Numbered from the stretch's first letter, positions 1 to 14,761 are shown. The stretch: DNA of 64,000 nucleotides from the human T2T-CHM13v2.0 reference genome, Homo sapiens (GCF_009914755.1 NC_060932.1), one strand, 5' to 3'. Made by a program: numbers and translations. The notes: generated from the letters alone by a model not told the origin.

Positions 1-118
1 TATAGCCAAGGTGTGTAGTAAGCTGTACCATCTTGGTTCGTGTAAGGACATTCAGTGATGAAATTGCCTACTGACACATTTCTCAGAAGGTACCCCCATC
101 GTTAAGCAACCATTACTG
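1..118 (+). mobile_element. Tigger3/Golem (MER7) DNA transposon, right end
   Basis: Matches the recalled Tigger3 terminus (GGTGTGTAGTA..TACCATCT..CATTTCTCAGAA..CCCCATCGTTAAGC..ACTG), followed by TA at 119-120. Confidence 0.75.
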
Positions 119-676
119 TATTAGAAAGCAGAAAAACAAATTCAGCTCCGGACTTAGCCTACCCATATAGCATCATTGGCCAGAAGAAAATCACTTTGCT
201 TTATGAATCCCAGTTTTCTGCGGGAATGAAATGAGGTACCATACGTGATCCTACCAGCATAACACCTGCCAAATAGTGCACATTCAATACTAAACCATCC
301 TTTTTATGCCTATAAATAAAGGATTTGTACTATATCAAGAGCTTCTCTATGTCTGAAGTTACAATAGAGTAATTCCAAATTATCTTTCATGGAATCAAAT
401 CCCTGATGATCCCTTGATTTTCTGAGTTCTGTGAATTTCATCACAGCCCAATTTGACCCATTACTGCTAATTCAGTGTTTTTATTAGTAAATTATATTTC
501 CAAGTTGAATCAAAACAACAGTATAGCAGGCACAGCTTAAGACACAAGATAAATAAGTTGTTGCATTCACCAGTCAAAATATTTTTAAAAAATCAAGAAG
601 CAATCACTGAATAGTTTTCCTTGATTTAGATACCAATTAGGTTTAATGACCAAATGAGACTGATAATCAGAGCTGA

Positions 677-1168
<492 letters not shown>

Positions 1169-1347
1169 TAACAAGAAAACAAATTCTTTAAGTGAGAAAC
1201 AGTACATTTTACACCCTTCCTTTTCACAAAAATCTCACAGTATTTTCTGACTTATGGTCTTGATAATTAGCACTCCTGTTTGCTCGTGTTCTCTTTCTTT
1301 CACAAGCAATGTGATCTTATTTTTAAAAAGGACCTGAGACAAGTAGA

Positions 1348-1771
1348 CAATTGACCCTTGAACAACACAGATTTGAAAAGTTTTGGTCCACCTATACACG
1401 GATTTTCTCCCACCTCTGCCACCCATGAGAGAGCAAGACCAAGCCCTCCTCCATACCCTACTCCATCTGAAGATGACCAGGGTAAAGACCTTTATGGGGA
1501 TTCACTTCCACTTAATTATTAGTAAATATCTTTTCTCTTCCTTATGATTTTCTCAATAAGTTTCCTTTATCTAGCTTACTTTACTGTAAGAATACGGTAT
1601 AGACTACATATAACACACAAACTATGCATTATCAACTATTTATGCTGCTGGTAAGGCTTCTAGTCAACAGTAGGTTATTAATAGCTAAATTCTGGGGGAG
1701 TCAAAAGGTATATGCAGATTTTCACGGGTGGTTGGACCCCCCCAGCATCCATGTTGTTCAAGGGTCAACTG
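1348..1771 (+). mobile_element. Tigger2a (MER28) non-autonomous DNA transposon
   Basis: Terminal inverted repeats CA(A)TTGACCCTTGAACAAC ... GTTGTTCAAGGGTCAACTG, TA at 1772-1773; internal sequence matches recalled Tigger2a. Confidence 0.85.
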
Positions 1772-1815
1772 TATATCCTAATTGTTATTTGACACTGGAA
1801 GAAATTAGATCTCCT

Positions 1816-2120
<305 letters not shown>

Positions 2121-2880
2121 TTATATCTCCTCTTAGAAGTTTGTCCCTCTCTTCAACTGAAATCTATCACAGTTCGACCTACATGGTAGTTGCATTGATC
2201 TGTCCATCCTGGTGCCACATATAGAACATCTACTTTGTCAGATACTGTTCCACATACAGTAAGCAGAACACATGATCCCAGTCCACATGAAGGATGGTGT
2301 CCAGTCATGTATGGCCTGATTCTTTTCTGTAAAGTGCTTTCACATTTGTAGTTGGTTCCTTTCCTAGAGCACTCCTGTTTTTGCATTCTTGTAGAAAGCA
2401 AATTATTTCCACCCTGTCACTGATTTTTTTCTCCAATTCAAACAATACGAACTAGAAAAGAGAACTCCCTTGTAATATAAAAGGAAATAGAAATCCCTAT
2501 GTATTCAATGTTTTTAAAGTTTAATATGATTCCTCTTAGCAATAACCAGCAAAAAGAAAATGTTTCTACTTTAATCTTTTCTTTTGAACTGAAGTGTTCC
2601 TCTATGTCATTTACATGACAATTGGCCCAAATCTCTCTGTTACCAGGACTTGGTATTCAAAGTAAGAGGCTTCATTAAATTTCAAGAGGACTTTTTTGGG
2701 GAAAGTTTTTGTTTGTTTTGTTGTGTTTTATCATAACAAAACAAGGCATAGTGACCAGGAAGATGGAGTTTCTAGTTAGTGCATACATATACATGCTTAT
2801 GGTTACTTAATGTGATAGAAGCAAATTATTCAGATGCCTCTTCTCCACAGAAGGTTTTGGTCTTCAGCACGTAAAGCAAC

Positions 2881-3179
2881 TTTTTTTTTTTTGTTTTTTT
2901 GAGATAGAGTCTCACTCTGTCACCAGGCTGGAGTGCAATGGTGCGATCTCGGCTCCCTGCAAACTCTGCATCCGGAATTCAAGCGATTCTCCTGTCTCAG
3001 CCTCCTAAATAGCTGGGACTACAGGCACGCACCACCACGTCCAGCTAATTTTTGTATTTTTAGTAGAGACGGGGTTTCACTATGTTGGCCAGGATGGTCT
3101 CGATCTCTTGACTTCGTGATCCTCCCGCCTTGGCCTCCCAAAGTGTTGGGATTACAGGCATGAGCCACTGTGCCCGGCC
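2881..3179 (-). mobile_element. AluSc-like
   Basis: Full antisense Alu with the CTGTCACCAGG and GGATGGTCTCGATCTC variants typical of Sc. Confidence 0.93.
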
Positions 3180-3214
3180 TCATGTAGAGCACTTTAAAAG
3201 TACATTGGATCCAT

Positions 3215-3305
3215 AGTAATCACTTAACTATGAACTTGTATATCCATATCAAAACTTCATGTTGTACAGCTTAAATATAGACAATAAGAATAAAATAAAT
3301 AAATG
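3215..3305 (+). mobile_element. L1MA/MB 3'-end fragment
   Basis: ATATCAAAAC..CATGTTGTACA.CTTAAATATA followed by an A-rich tail. Confidence 0.55.
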
Positions 3306-3845
3306 AAAATATTTTAATATGCTGAGCCATGTTCTGGCCATTTTTCTCTGGCCTTATGTAGCTTTAGCTTTTCATTCTCAAAGCATGGATCAAAGAGCTA
3401 TAAGAAGAAATTAACCAGAGACTTTATCCTGATTGTTTCACATTTCCAAAGGCAATAAATCAGTCATGGGCTGAGAGAAGAGAACTGAAGTCTACCACAA
3501 CAAATATATTTCTGCCATTTTTTCTTTTATTTCCTATAGGTTTTGCTTTATGAATTTTGACATGATATTTTCATCATGTGTAGATATCATACCTCTTTAT
3601 GCTTTTATTGCAGGTGAAGTCATTTCCTAACATCACTGCTCCCTCTCCCTTCTCCCAGCAGTTATCTATGTGAAACAAATAAATGTTATTTGTGAGGTTC
3701 AGCTAATTCAGATAATTAGCATTACCAAGAGGCTTACAATTATTCTGGAATTTGTGTTTGCTTATTTGTTTCCCCAAATACAGCTAAAGGAGAGGAGAGG
3801 ATCACCAGATCTTATAGTAGGCAAAACTATGAATTATTAGTAAAT

Positions 3846-5152
3846 CTTCCTCCTGGCTTTCTATCTCACTGGCTGCTCATTCTCATTGTCCTTCACTCTT
3901 TCTCCTCTGTTTAACTTCCAAATGCCAAGCATCCCTGGGAGTATTCTCTTCATTTATTACATTCACTCAAATGGTTTTAAATACCATACATATACTGATG
4001 ACACCTAACACTCTAGTTCTCGTCTGTGTCTCCCTGAACTCCAGACTCGTAGGTCCAACTGACTTCTGCATATGGCTGTCCAGTCGGCATCTCCAATTGA
4101 ACATCGTCAGAACAAAACTTCAGGCTTTTCCCCAACCAGCTCTTCTGGTCTTGCCCATCTCAATAAACACCACTGCTATCTGCCCAATTAATTGAGCCGG
4201 CTATCTGGTAGTTATTCCCTTCTTTGCCTCACTGTCTTCTGATCCCCATATCCTATAAACTCTAATACCAAGTATCCCTGGAATCCTTTCAGTTTTTCCT
4301 ATCTTTACTTCTTCTCCTTAGTCTAAGCTATTATACTCTCTTGCATAGTTTAGCGGTAGTTTTTAAGCCCTTTTTTTATTTTTATTTTACGTTTGCCTTT
4401 TCTAACAAATTCTCCTTAAAACAGCCAGAATGATCTCTTTGATGTATGATTTAGCCAAGTGTGGTGGCTCCCACTAGTAATCCCAGCTACTCCAGGAGGC
4501 TGAGGTGGGAGGTTTGCTGGGAGTTCAAGACCAGTCTGGGCAACATAGTGAGACCCCATTTCTAATTAAAAAAAAAAAAAAAGAAGAAGGAAACATGAAT
4601 TAGATTTTGTTGCTCCCTTGTTTAAACTCTCTATTGGCTTTTTACTTCATTTAGAATAAAATGAAACTCCCTGTCCTGGCCCCTATTTGATCTTATTTCC
4701 TGTCACTTTCCCATTGTCTGTTATACCTCACAATCACTGGACTGCAGTTATTGCTGTTCCTCCGAACTACAGGCCTTAGGGCCTTTGCAATTGCTATTTT
4801 CTATGGCTGGAACACTTTCTCCTCAGATCTGCAAAAGATTGGTATCTTGTTTAGTCAGATCTCAAATTAAATACCACACTCTCATAGAGGCCTTCTCTCA
4901 CCTCAGGCTGGTGTTGGTAGCAGTCATTGAACTTCACAACACCTTATGTTAATGTTGTGCAGAACACTTACCACTGCCTGATATTTTACTGATAGGTCTT
5001 TTGTCTGTTTCCTGCCACTCCTGCCCCTGAAATAGAAAGCAAGCTCCATCAGAGAAGAACTTTATCTGTTTGTTCACGGCAGTAATTCCAGGCCTTGGAA
5101 GAGGGTTTGGCACACAGATGTTACTTAATAAACATAAGAGTGAATGAATGAA
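3846..5152 (+). mobile_element. L2 LINE 3' portion (interrupted by a FLAM)
   Basis: L2 ORF2-like motifs (TATACTGATGAC; CCCTGAACTCCAGACTC; GGCATCTCCAATTGAACAT) and L2 3' end GGCACACAG..AATAAA..TGAATGAATGAA. Confidence 0.8.
4453..4582 (+). mobile_element. FLAM (free left Alu monomer)
   Basis: Single left-monomer Alu with poly(A), inside the L2. Confidence 0.85.
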
Positions 5153-6380
5153 AATTGTTAGAAGACACCATCTAAAGTGAGTCAGACAATATGTCCAGCT
5201 TCTTGTGTGTGCTAATTAATGACACTTTGTGGACTATATATCTGTATATAACTACTTCATTTCTTACAGAGCCTTGATAGATGAAAGTAACTAGACATTT
5301 AACTTAAAAGGTGCTAGGTCATCTTCAGTTCCAGGCTGTAAGCATTAAGATTGACTGTACACGACCTGTTAAAACCATTTTCTGGGAAAGGCTCTTAAGT
5401 ACCTGTCAGAGTTTACAATTTGAGAGCAAACATAAATAAACCCAAACGCCTTTCAACTTTGAACATTTGATGCTTGAAAATCACCTCTATTTAAATTTTT
5501 GCTAGTCACATCTTCTCATCTTTTGGTTTCAGGACCTGATTCATCAGTTTCTATAGATCCATTTATAAACTCAGTCAGCATTTTACTTTGCCAGCCTATG
5601 AGCACAAGTAGGCAACTGGAGGCTTGGAAAAAACCCAGACAACAACAATTTGTTTTTCACTGGTTCTGCTTTCAAACAACTTCCAAGAGCACAATACAGC
5701 AAAAAGTGAGAGTTATCTATTTCTCCCTTCTTCATCCGAATACAAAATACATCCTATTTTACTGCTTTTTTTTTGTCTTTTGCCTCTACTTTAAGACTTA
5801 TCTAAGAAATAAAGAAAAGCCAACCACTCGTTCTATCCACAGAAGAAAAACACACACCAGCATAGACAACACAAAAGACTATGTCTAGATGTTAAGACTA
5901 TATATCCTATAGGACTATAATTTTCATAGATCTAAAAAGTGAGAAACATATATATGTATAAAATTATGTGGGATGCAAGTTACTGAGATTTTGAATATGG
6001 GGCTCTGTCATTTACCCTAAAATGTTCAGTGGTCTTTTCTATTTTTTCTCTATTCTCAGTAAAATAGAACTTTCTCAACAATTCTGGCTCCTACTCTTCC
6101 AATGGGCTCAGCTTGTCTCATGATTTAATAGTACTAAAAACCTTTTCTTAAAAAGAAAAAAAATCCTTTTTAAAAAAGTTTAGGTATAAATAAGAAATTT
6201 CTATATTATGAAAGACTGGTTTGCAAAGAAACTTTAATATCTTCTGGATCTCATCTCAATCACAGTCTATGAAGGAAATAAAATAAGTGCCTTCTAAAAC
6301 GGCCTATTATACTACTATAGCTGTTGTCTATAAGGAAAAAGTTTGTTAGTGAGTTGTATTCAATAGAAAACCTCAAAGAT

Positions 6381-6670
6381 GGCTGGGCGCGGTGGCTCAT
6401 GCCTGTAATCCCAGCACTTTGGGAGGCCGAGGTGAGTGGATCACTTGAAGCCAGGAGTTCGAGACCAGCTTTGCCAACATGGAGAAACCCCATCTCTACT
6501 AAAAATACAAAATTAGCTGGGTGTGGTGGCGGGCGCCTGTAATCCCAGCTATTTGGGAGGTGGGAGAATTGCTTGAACCTAGGAGGCGGAGGTTGAAATG
6601 ACTCTAGATCATGCCGTTGCACTCCAGCCTGGGCGACAAAAGCGAGACTCTGTCTCCAAAAAAAAGAAAA
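6381..6670 (+). mobile_element. AluSp/Sq-like
   Basis: Full Alu; TSD AGAAA(A/T)CCTCA(A/G)AGA. Confidence 0.95.
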
Positions 6671-7008
6671 GAAATCCTCAGAGAAGATATCCTAGAACTA
6701 TTTAGTTTTCCCTTAATCGAGTCTGAAAACCTCCTGTGCCCTTCCACCACTTAATAATCTAACCAACTATTGTAAAATTACCTATTCTTCTAAACCACCA
6801 AATAGTTCGAATAGAATAGCCTTAGATATCTAATAACTAAATGAAACCACAGTTTACCTCTCTAGGCTTCAGTTTCTTCTTCATAAAATAAGAAGCTTGA
6901 ACTCGAAAAGTTTTAGATGCGAAGTTCCCAAAAATCTAGTAGAGGAAGCAAAACTCTGTTTGGCACCCTGTTTCCTTGCCCTGGACTTTTAGCATTTCTT
7001 TCTTCTGG

Positions 7009-7363
7009 TGTAAAGTCAAACAAAAAATAGAGATGAATCTCTAAATTTACCTTTTTATTGGGGAGATAAGAGTTGCAATACAGGGCATACACACAGACCT
7101 GATAGTCTTCTGTATGTCAGAAGAACAAAGAGAAGGTTGGAGGTTTTACGAAAAGGAGAAATGTCTTGTCCTGAAAGAAATTTCACTGGCACTAGTAAAG
7201 TTGTGGGGAGTGGCAACCTCTGATTGGTGAGTGACAACAGTGCAGTAGGTAAAACTAATCTTAGACTCACAGTGGTTGTCTTAGCTGCTATTAGATAAAA
7301 GTGATTTCAGGTTACAGCAGGCAGTTTCAGCAGCTAGGTTTGCAGAGAATTACATTCCTAGAA
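7009..7363 (-). mobile_element. ERV1 LTR 3' half (MER67-like)
   Basis: Minus strand reads ..CCAATCAGAG..AAAACCTCCAACCTTCTCTTTGTTC..AATAAA..TTTGACTTTACA, an LTR U3/R/U5 end closing in CA; family by recall. Confidence 0.65.
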
Positions 7364-8440
<1,077 letters not shown>

Positions 8441-8523
8441 TATACGAGTCAGTGTAACTTTAAATCCACCTGGCCTGATGCTAAATTATGAATGGGAAAA
8501 ATTATATTAATACTTAGAATCCT

Positions 8524-8827
8524 GACTGGGTGCAGTGGCTTATGCCTGGAACCATAGCACTTTGGGAGGCTGAGATGGGAGGATCACTTGAGCCAGGAGT
8601 TCGAGACCAGCCAGGGCAACATAGTGAGACCTCATCTCTCTAAAAAATAAAATATTAGCCTAGTTTGGTGGCACATGCCTGTAGTCCCAGCTACTCAGGA
8701 GGCTGAGGTGTAAGGATCACTTGAGCCCAGGAGGTCAAGGCTACGGTAAGCCATGATTGCACTACTGTACTCTAGCCTGGGTAACAAAGCAAAGCAAGAC
8801 CATCTTCACACACACACACGAAAAAAA
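8524..8827 (+). mobile_element. AluJ
   Basis: J-type diagnostics (GGATCACTTGAGCCCAGGAGGTCAAGGCT); (CA)n in the tail. Confidence 0.93.
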
Positions 8828-8835
8828 CTTAGAAT

Positions 8836-8837
<2 letters not shown>

Positions 8838-8885
<48 letters not shown>

Positions 8886-9164
8886 TGGTAGGGTCTCATT
8901 CTGTTGCCAGGCTGGAGTGCAGTGGCGATCTTGGCTCACTGCAACCTCTGACTCCCAGGTTCAAGTGATTCTCCTGCCTCAGCCTCCCGAGTAGCTGGGA
9001 TTACAGGTGCCTGCCACCATGACCAGCTAATTTTTTTTGTATTTTTAGTAGAGACGGAGTTTCACCGTGTTGGCCAGGATGGTCTCGATCTCCTGACCTC
9101 GTGATCCTCCCGCCTCGGTCCCCCAGAGTGCTGGGATTACAGGCGTGAGCCATCACGCCTGGCT
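8838..9164 (-). mobile_element. AluSc-like with a T47 tail
   Basis: Full antisense Alu; perfect TSD AAACTTAGAATTCTTT at 8825-8840 and 9165-9180. Confidence 0.95.
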
Positions 9165-9289
9165 AAACTTAGAATTCTTTACATTCAAATAATGTCTGGT
9201 ATTTTTTTACATTATTTTCATGTATATTCCCTAATTTAAACTTATCCCCACCCCCCCCCACCCCACCATGATGTCGTCAACACAGAACT

Positions 9290-9390
9290 GTTTTCTAGAT
9301 TAGGAAACTGAGGATAGGGATTTTAAGTATCTCGCTCCTAGATCAGGACCGCATCCAGGTTGCAGAATCCCAATCCAGCACTCTTCCACA
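9290..9390 (-). mobile_element. MIR fragment
   Basis: TTTTCTAGAT.AGGAAACTGAGG core motif. Confidence 0.5.
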
Positions 9391-9836
9391 TAGTCACAGC
9401 ACTACCCCAACTCTAATCTACTGATGACACAGAACAAAATTAAAGTCCTTGTCCAAATCCCAGAGTTCATGAACACAGAGATGTTAATGCTCCTGTAGTT
9501 CATACTGCAAAAAGAATGTGAGAGCTTGTTTCATTTTTCACTTAGAAAATGTATGAGATGTTCTTTCTGAAGGGGTTCTGTCACTAACAGGTTGCATTAC
9601 TTGTACAACCATTATATCTGAATCTTCCCAGACCGTGGTTTTTTTTTGTTTGTTTGTTTTGTTTTTTATTAAATACTGTCATTAAACCAGAACTCATGGA
9701 TATCTATGTCATTTCCAGCTATAAAATTCTAGAAACTTGGGGATTTTACCTTTTTGTTTCTTATTTTCTTTTTTATCAAAAGCCTTATCACAGGTAAAAT
9801 GGTAATCTAAGCAAGAATAAGCTCTGTCATGATTTA

Positions 9837-10208
<372 letters not shown>

Positions 10209-10564
10209 TTATGCAACCTGGGAAATTCACCTGCCCATGAATAGTATCTCTGTAATTAATAACAAAGTCTTACAGGACAGTCCTTGCCATCACCATATCA
10301 TAAACGTATATTGCTTCTTTTAGTTCATAGGAACAGGGTCTCCTGCTGTGTCATAGCTGTAGGATTTAGCCTAAATGCTCAGTGAGTTTGATGCTCCCTT
10401 GAGCAAGCCCGCTTATTTAAGAAAGTAGTTTTTGGATATTCATGGTTTATTGCTGACAGTTAACGTTCTCAAAATAGTGAGAGTCCTAAAGTCAAAGGGG
10501 AATTTATTAACAATTTTATTTCTGAGAGGATATGACAACAACAAAGACATTAATAAAAAACACC

Positions 10565-11000
10565 AGCGAGCTTTCTGGCAATATGTATTAAAATTTTCAA
10601 AAACACTTATACTCTCGAATCCAGCAGTTATTATTTCGGGAAATTGCTCTAAGAATATTATCTTTTTATACAAAGCATTTTCTGAAGAGAATTATTCAGG
10701 AAATTTTCATTTATGAACAGAAAAAGTCCAACATTATGGAAATAGTGATATAAAATACAGCATATATAGTTCTTTGGTATTTTACAGTCATGTAATCATG
10801 GAGAGAAATACTTCAGATAAATTAACATAATAAACCACAATACAAAAAAGTATATTTACAATAGAAAAAAAGTTTAAAAGTGTGTTAGCAATACAAATAA
10901 ACAAATACAAGAAGGATCTATCACAACAATGCTACAGTGATGAGCCTTCAGATAATTTTCATTATTTTTCTTGATACTTCTATATGTTCAAAACTTTCAT
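10565..11000 (+). mobile_element. Old L1 (L1ME-like) fragment
   Basis: CTGGCAATATGTATTAAAATTT..CCAGCAGTT..GGAAATTG resembles the L1M 3' region; heavily diverged. Confidence 0.45.
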
Positions 11001-11006
11001 TAATGA

Positions 11007-11303
11007 GCCTGTAATACCAGCACTTTGGGAGGCCGAGATGGGCTGATCGCTTGAGCTCAGTAGTTCAAGACCAAGCTAGGCAACATGGCGAGACTCCATC
11101 TTTACAAATAATACATACATACATAAGTAACTAAGTAAGTAAATTAGCCAGGCATAGTGGTATGTTCCTGTACTTCCAGCTACTTGGAGGGCTAAGGCAG
11201 GAGGATTGCTTGAGCCCAGGAGGTCAAGGCTGCAGTGAGCCATGTTTATACCCCTGCAATCCAGCTTGAGTGACAGAGTGAGACCCTATTTCAAAAAACA
11301 AAA
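11007..11303 (+). mobile_element. AluJ, 5'-truncated
   Basis: Alu body; middle A-rich linker expanded into (TACA)n(TAAG)n. Confidence 0.93.
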
Positions 11304-11429
11304 TTTCACTGATGACAATAAATATTACCTTGACATCAAAAAAAAAAAAAAAATCCAGTGCCTGGATGATCACCCAGTAGCATCTAAAAGTGCATTTGAA
11401 TATATATCCAGGTTCTGATGCCAGCATTG

Positions 11430-11530
11430 ATGCTTGTTATGTGACAAAAAGAAATCACCTAACTGCTTTGGGCTTCCATTTCTTCAAAGTAAAATGAAGT
11501 GGTTAAACAGGATTACTCCCCAGATGTCTC
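11430..11530 (+). mobile_element. MIR fragment
   Basis: TGTGAC..ATCACCTAAC..GGGCTTCCATTTCTTC..GTAAAATG core. Confidence 0.5.
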
Positions 11531-11855
11531 CCCAAACTTTACACTGGTGTAATAATTGTTTGCAAGGATCATTGGGTGATTATGTCTAAAAGCCTGCAGT
11601 TATTAGTCCTCATATCAGGAATGTGCTATCCCCATTCATTTTATTGTAGAACCTGGTTTGCTGTGGGATAGTTGAAATATGAAGAATTCACTTGGTCAGT
11701 GTGTTTCACGGCCTTGCTACTTTTTCTGCTTGGATGGACTCACTTCTCTATATGATTTTCTCTTTAAATCAGAAGTATTTGACCTGAAGCAGTAACTCCT
11801 CTATTCATATAATAGTGATATTCTGATACATATGTGAATATTATAAAAATAAGTA

Positions 11856-11907
11856 GAATGATAATATTATTACTAATATTATTGTGGCAGTAATAATATT
11901 ATCATTC
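11856..11907. repeat. Perfect 19-bp inverted repeat with a 14-nt spacer
   Basis: GAATGATAATATTATTACT (11856-11874) and AGTAATAATATTATCATTC (11889-11907). Confidence 0.95.
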
Positions 11908-12529
11908 ACATGTGATCAATAGTAAAAGCACACACAGCAACCCCTCAGGATTTCATCCTCAGGCCATTGACTCCCATCACCTTTACTGATATTTAGCTTA
12001 GCTTTACAATCCTCCCCTTTGAAAAATTCATATTTTAACCTTGCCTCCCATAAAGACACACATTTTTTCAGATATAGAATTTGCAAGGCTGAGACATATC
12101 TTTTTAGAATGAACCCAATATAAACACAAAGCAACATAGGAGAAAAGTACTAGTTACATGCCCATGGCAAGAAAATATGCCTGAAATGGTTCTGTTTATT
12201 TTGTTGTTGTTGTTTCTGCTTGGAATTTCAGCAGTTATTTGGCAAAGTGATTAGCTAGCTGGGAAGGAAGAAAGCTCGTCTCCATCAGCCTTTTGTCAGA
12301 GCCCGCCTTTTGGTCCCAGAGCCCCCATGAAAGTGTGCTGTAGACCAGGACCACTGTTGCCCTGAATGCATGAGTATGCAGCCTTTTTATCGTAGGCTTG
12401 TCATCTCCTGAGTTCTGCAATAGATGCCATGTGAAATCCAGTATATACTCAGTCTAACACATAGCTGCTGCATAAGAAAATTTCTTTCCATGCTTAAGCA
12501 ATTTCTGCATAGAGCTTAATTCATAGAAA

Positions 12530-12660
12530 TCACTTATTCATTCAAAAAGCATTCACTGAGTTCCTAGTAGGGGCCACATATTACGCTAAAGTAGATACAA
12601 GGATAAACCAAATGTAGATCTGTCCTTTAAAGAGTATAACATGTAGGGAACAACTACACT
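12530..12660 (-). mobile_element. L2 3'-end fragment
   Basis: TTATTCATTCAAAAAGCATTCACTGAG antisense L2 tail. Confidence 0.5.
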
Positions 12661-13872
12661 CTACATGGCAATAGAAAGTCACAAGTGGGTGAGAACCACA
12701 GGAGAGAAACAGTCAGAGGGTGATGACAGCCAGAACTGGTATGATGTGAAAGGTCAATGACATCAGAAACGGCCTCAGGGATTTTATAGCCTGGCTCCTT
12801 CAATTTCAGTTCTTGGTATAGGCCAGCTTTTCAGGACTGTTGATTGTCCCTCTTCTTTGTGTGAAATTCCTAGTGGACAGAGCTTCTGCAGTGCCTCTTA
12901 GGTACTTTGAAAATCCCAACGATAAACATCTGGACCCAACACAGAAGCCTCCAGGAAGCTGTCTTGTTGGCAGTCACCTACGAGCAGGCGATAAACACAA
13001 CACATTAAATAGTATGTAATGCTCCAGGGATTGCAGTCCTCTGCCTCCTAATCTCTCTGTCCTTTCCTCTTTTATTGACCTGTCAGGAGCATGACACTTG
13101 TGCACAACCATTAGCACACAAGAAATGACTTTCCTGTGGGGGTGATGGGGACTGGGGAACCTACTCTTTGAGATAGAAAGTTACCCTGATGCAGAATAAT
13201 TACAGTCCAGCTTAGCCTCCTTATAAGCGATTAATCTTACTTTTCCTCTTAGCTTCTGTCTGTTTGTAACCTGAGGTTGACCGAAGTTAGTTCTTTTAGT
13301 TGGTTCTTGAGAAAACCCTTTCAGTCTGTATTTCCAGGAATAAATCTTAACTCTAATTTAAAAAACAAAAAGGCCCTATAAATAGTTACTTCAAACCCTT
13401 TAATTTATAGCTGCATTCTCAATGTCTTCATCCTCCCAAAATCACTCACCTCTACATTTTTGCCCTAAGTACCTAGGTTAGCACAACTTTTCACAACTTC
13501 TCTTTAACATTTCTCTGAATAACGTGAACCTTCCTTATTTCCTTAAAATATAAACTTATATATGTTCTTCCTAGGAGATTTTCAACTTTTCTGTTCTCCA
13601 CTTATTACTCTATTCACTCTGTTCTCTATCTGAGCTGTCACTAATTAGTATCTACTTAAATAAATATTTGAGCAATTTAACATTACAGTTTTTTTTTTTT
13701 TCAGCAAGAAGTGTGTTCATTATCCATTAAAAGCCTGGGAGAGGGACTACTAATGTTACACCATCAATATCTATTTTTAGCCACTTCGGTTTTGGAAGTG
13801 TCTCTTCTTTTGGAAGTGGGAGACCAAGTGGAGGGGAAGAACATGAACAAGGGATTGAAGCCATTGAGAAAG

Positions 13873-13955
13873 TCATTTATTCATTCGATAGATATCTTCT
13901 GAGCACTGCGCTAGGACCTAAGGACAGAATAATGAAGGCAGAGTTTATCCTTCCA
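13873..13955 (-). mobile_element. L2 3'-end fragment
   Basis: TCATTTATTCATTC..TGAGCACTGCGCTAGG. Confidence 0.5.
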
Positions 13956-14504
13956 CTAGCACAGCAGTCAAAACCAATAGGAATTAAGATTATCAGAAGT
14001 GACAAAACTGTACATAGACCTGTTCACATAACTAACAAGGGAAACGATGGAGGTGATATGGAAGTCTGAACGTGGTGCAGGAATAACTCAGCCAACATCC
14101 CCCTCCTTTGGGAAATTTAGATAGATGTAGGTAGATTGAGAAGTGATATAACAGTCATGTGGCATCATTGAGAGAGTCAGTTTTCTATAATGACAAAGAC
14201 ATGGAAAGAGAGATGTTTAGTACATGTACAGCAGAAGGAGTTGATTCACAACGCAATGGAAACAGAAGTCAAGAAGACAGTGAAGTGGATGAAGCAAGGA
14301 GAAATCATAAAAACAAGCACACTGGGACTGTCGGACCTCAGGGGAGAGTGACGTGGATGGTAAACCAAGTTTGGGGCCAGAGAAAAGTGAAAGCTTGTGC
14401 TGTTCTTGTTGGTAGTCATGGGCAGGCTGTAGCAGGGTTATTATTAAAACTCTGATCCCCCAAGTCCAACTGAAGGGGCTCCAGTCACTACCCCATCATC
14501 TCAG

Positions 14505-14620
14505 TGGTGAGATGTAGTCAAGGCATCTAACCTCTCTGCCTCAGTTTCCTCATATGTAAAATAGAGACAATCATTATAAAGTGTTTAGCAGAATGCCAGA
14601 TCCACAGTAAATATCAGTAA
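14505..14620 (+). mobile_element. MIR fragment
   Basis: TAACCTCTCTGCCTCAGTTTCCTCATATGTAAAAT core. Confidence 0.7.
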
Positions 14621-14761
14621 AAGGAAATTTGTAAATTTGTAAATTGTTAGGGAATGGGGTGAGACCCTCAAGATTCTAATCTTCAAGGGAAAGAGGATGC
14701 TAAGGAAAGTCAGAGGAAGCCCGAGAATCCTAAGAGAGGATGATACAAGCAAATTAATTAA

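Noticed and set aside
2153-2401. 82-aa Cys-rich minus-strand ORF in unique DNA
   Set aside because: Non-ATG start, no recognisable domain and no splice context; length is within chance expectation.
3515-3620. Two strong-looking splice acceptors (TTTCCTATAG|G and TTTATTGCAG|G); others at ~29718 and ~56827
   Set aside because: No paired donor or open frame supports an exon; such sites are common in AT-rich DNA.
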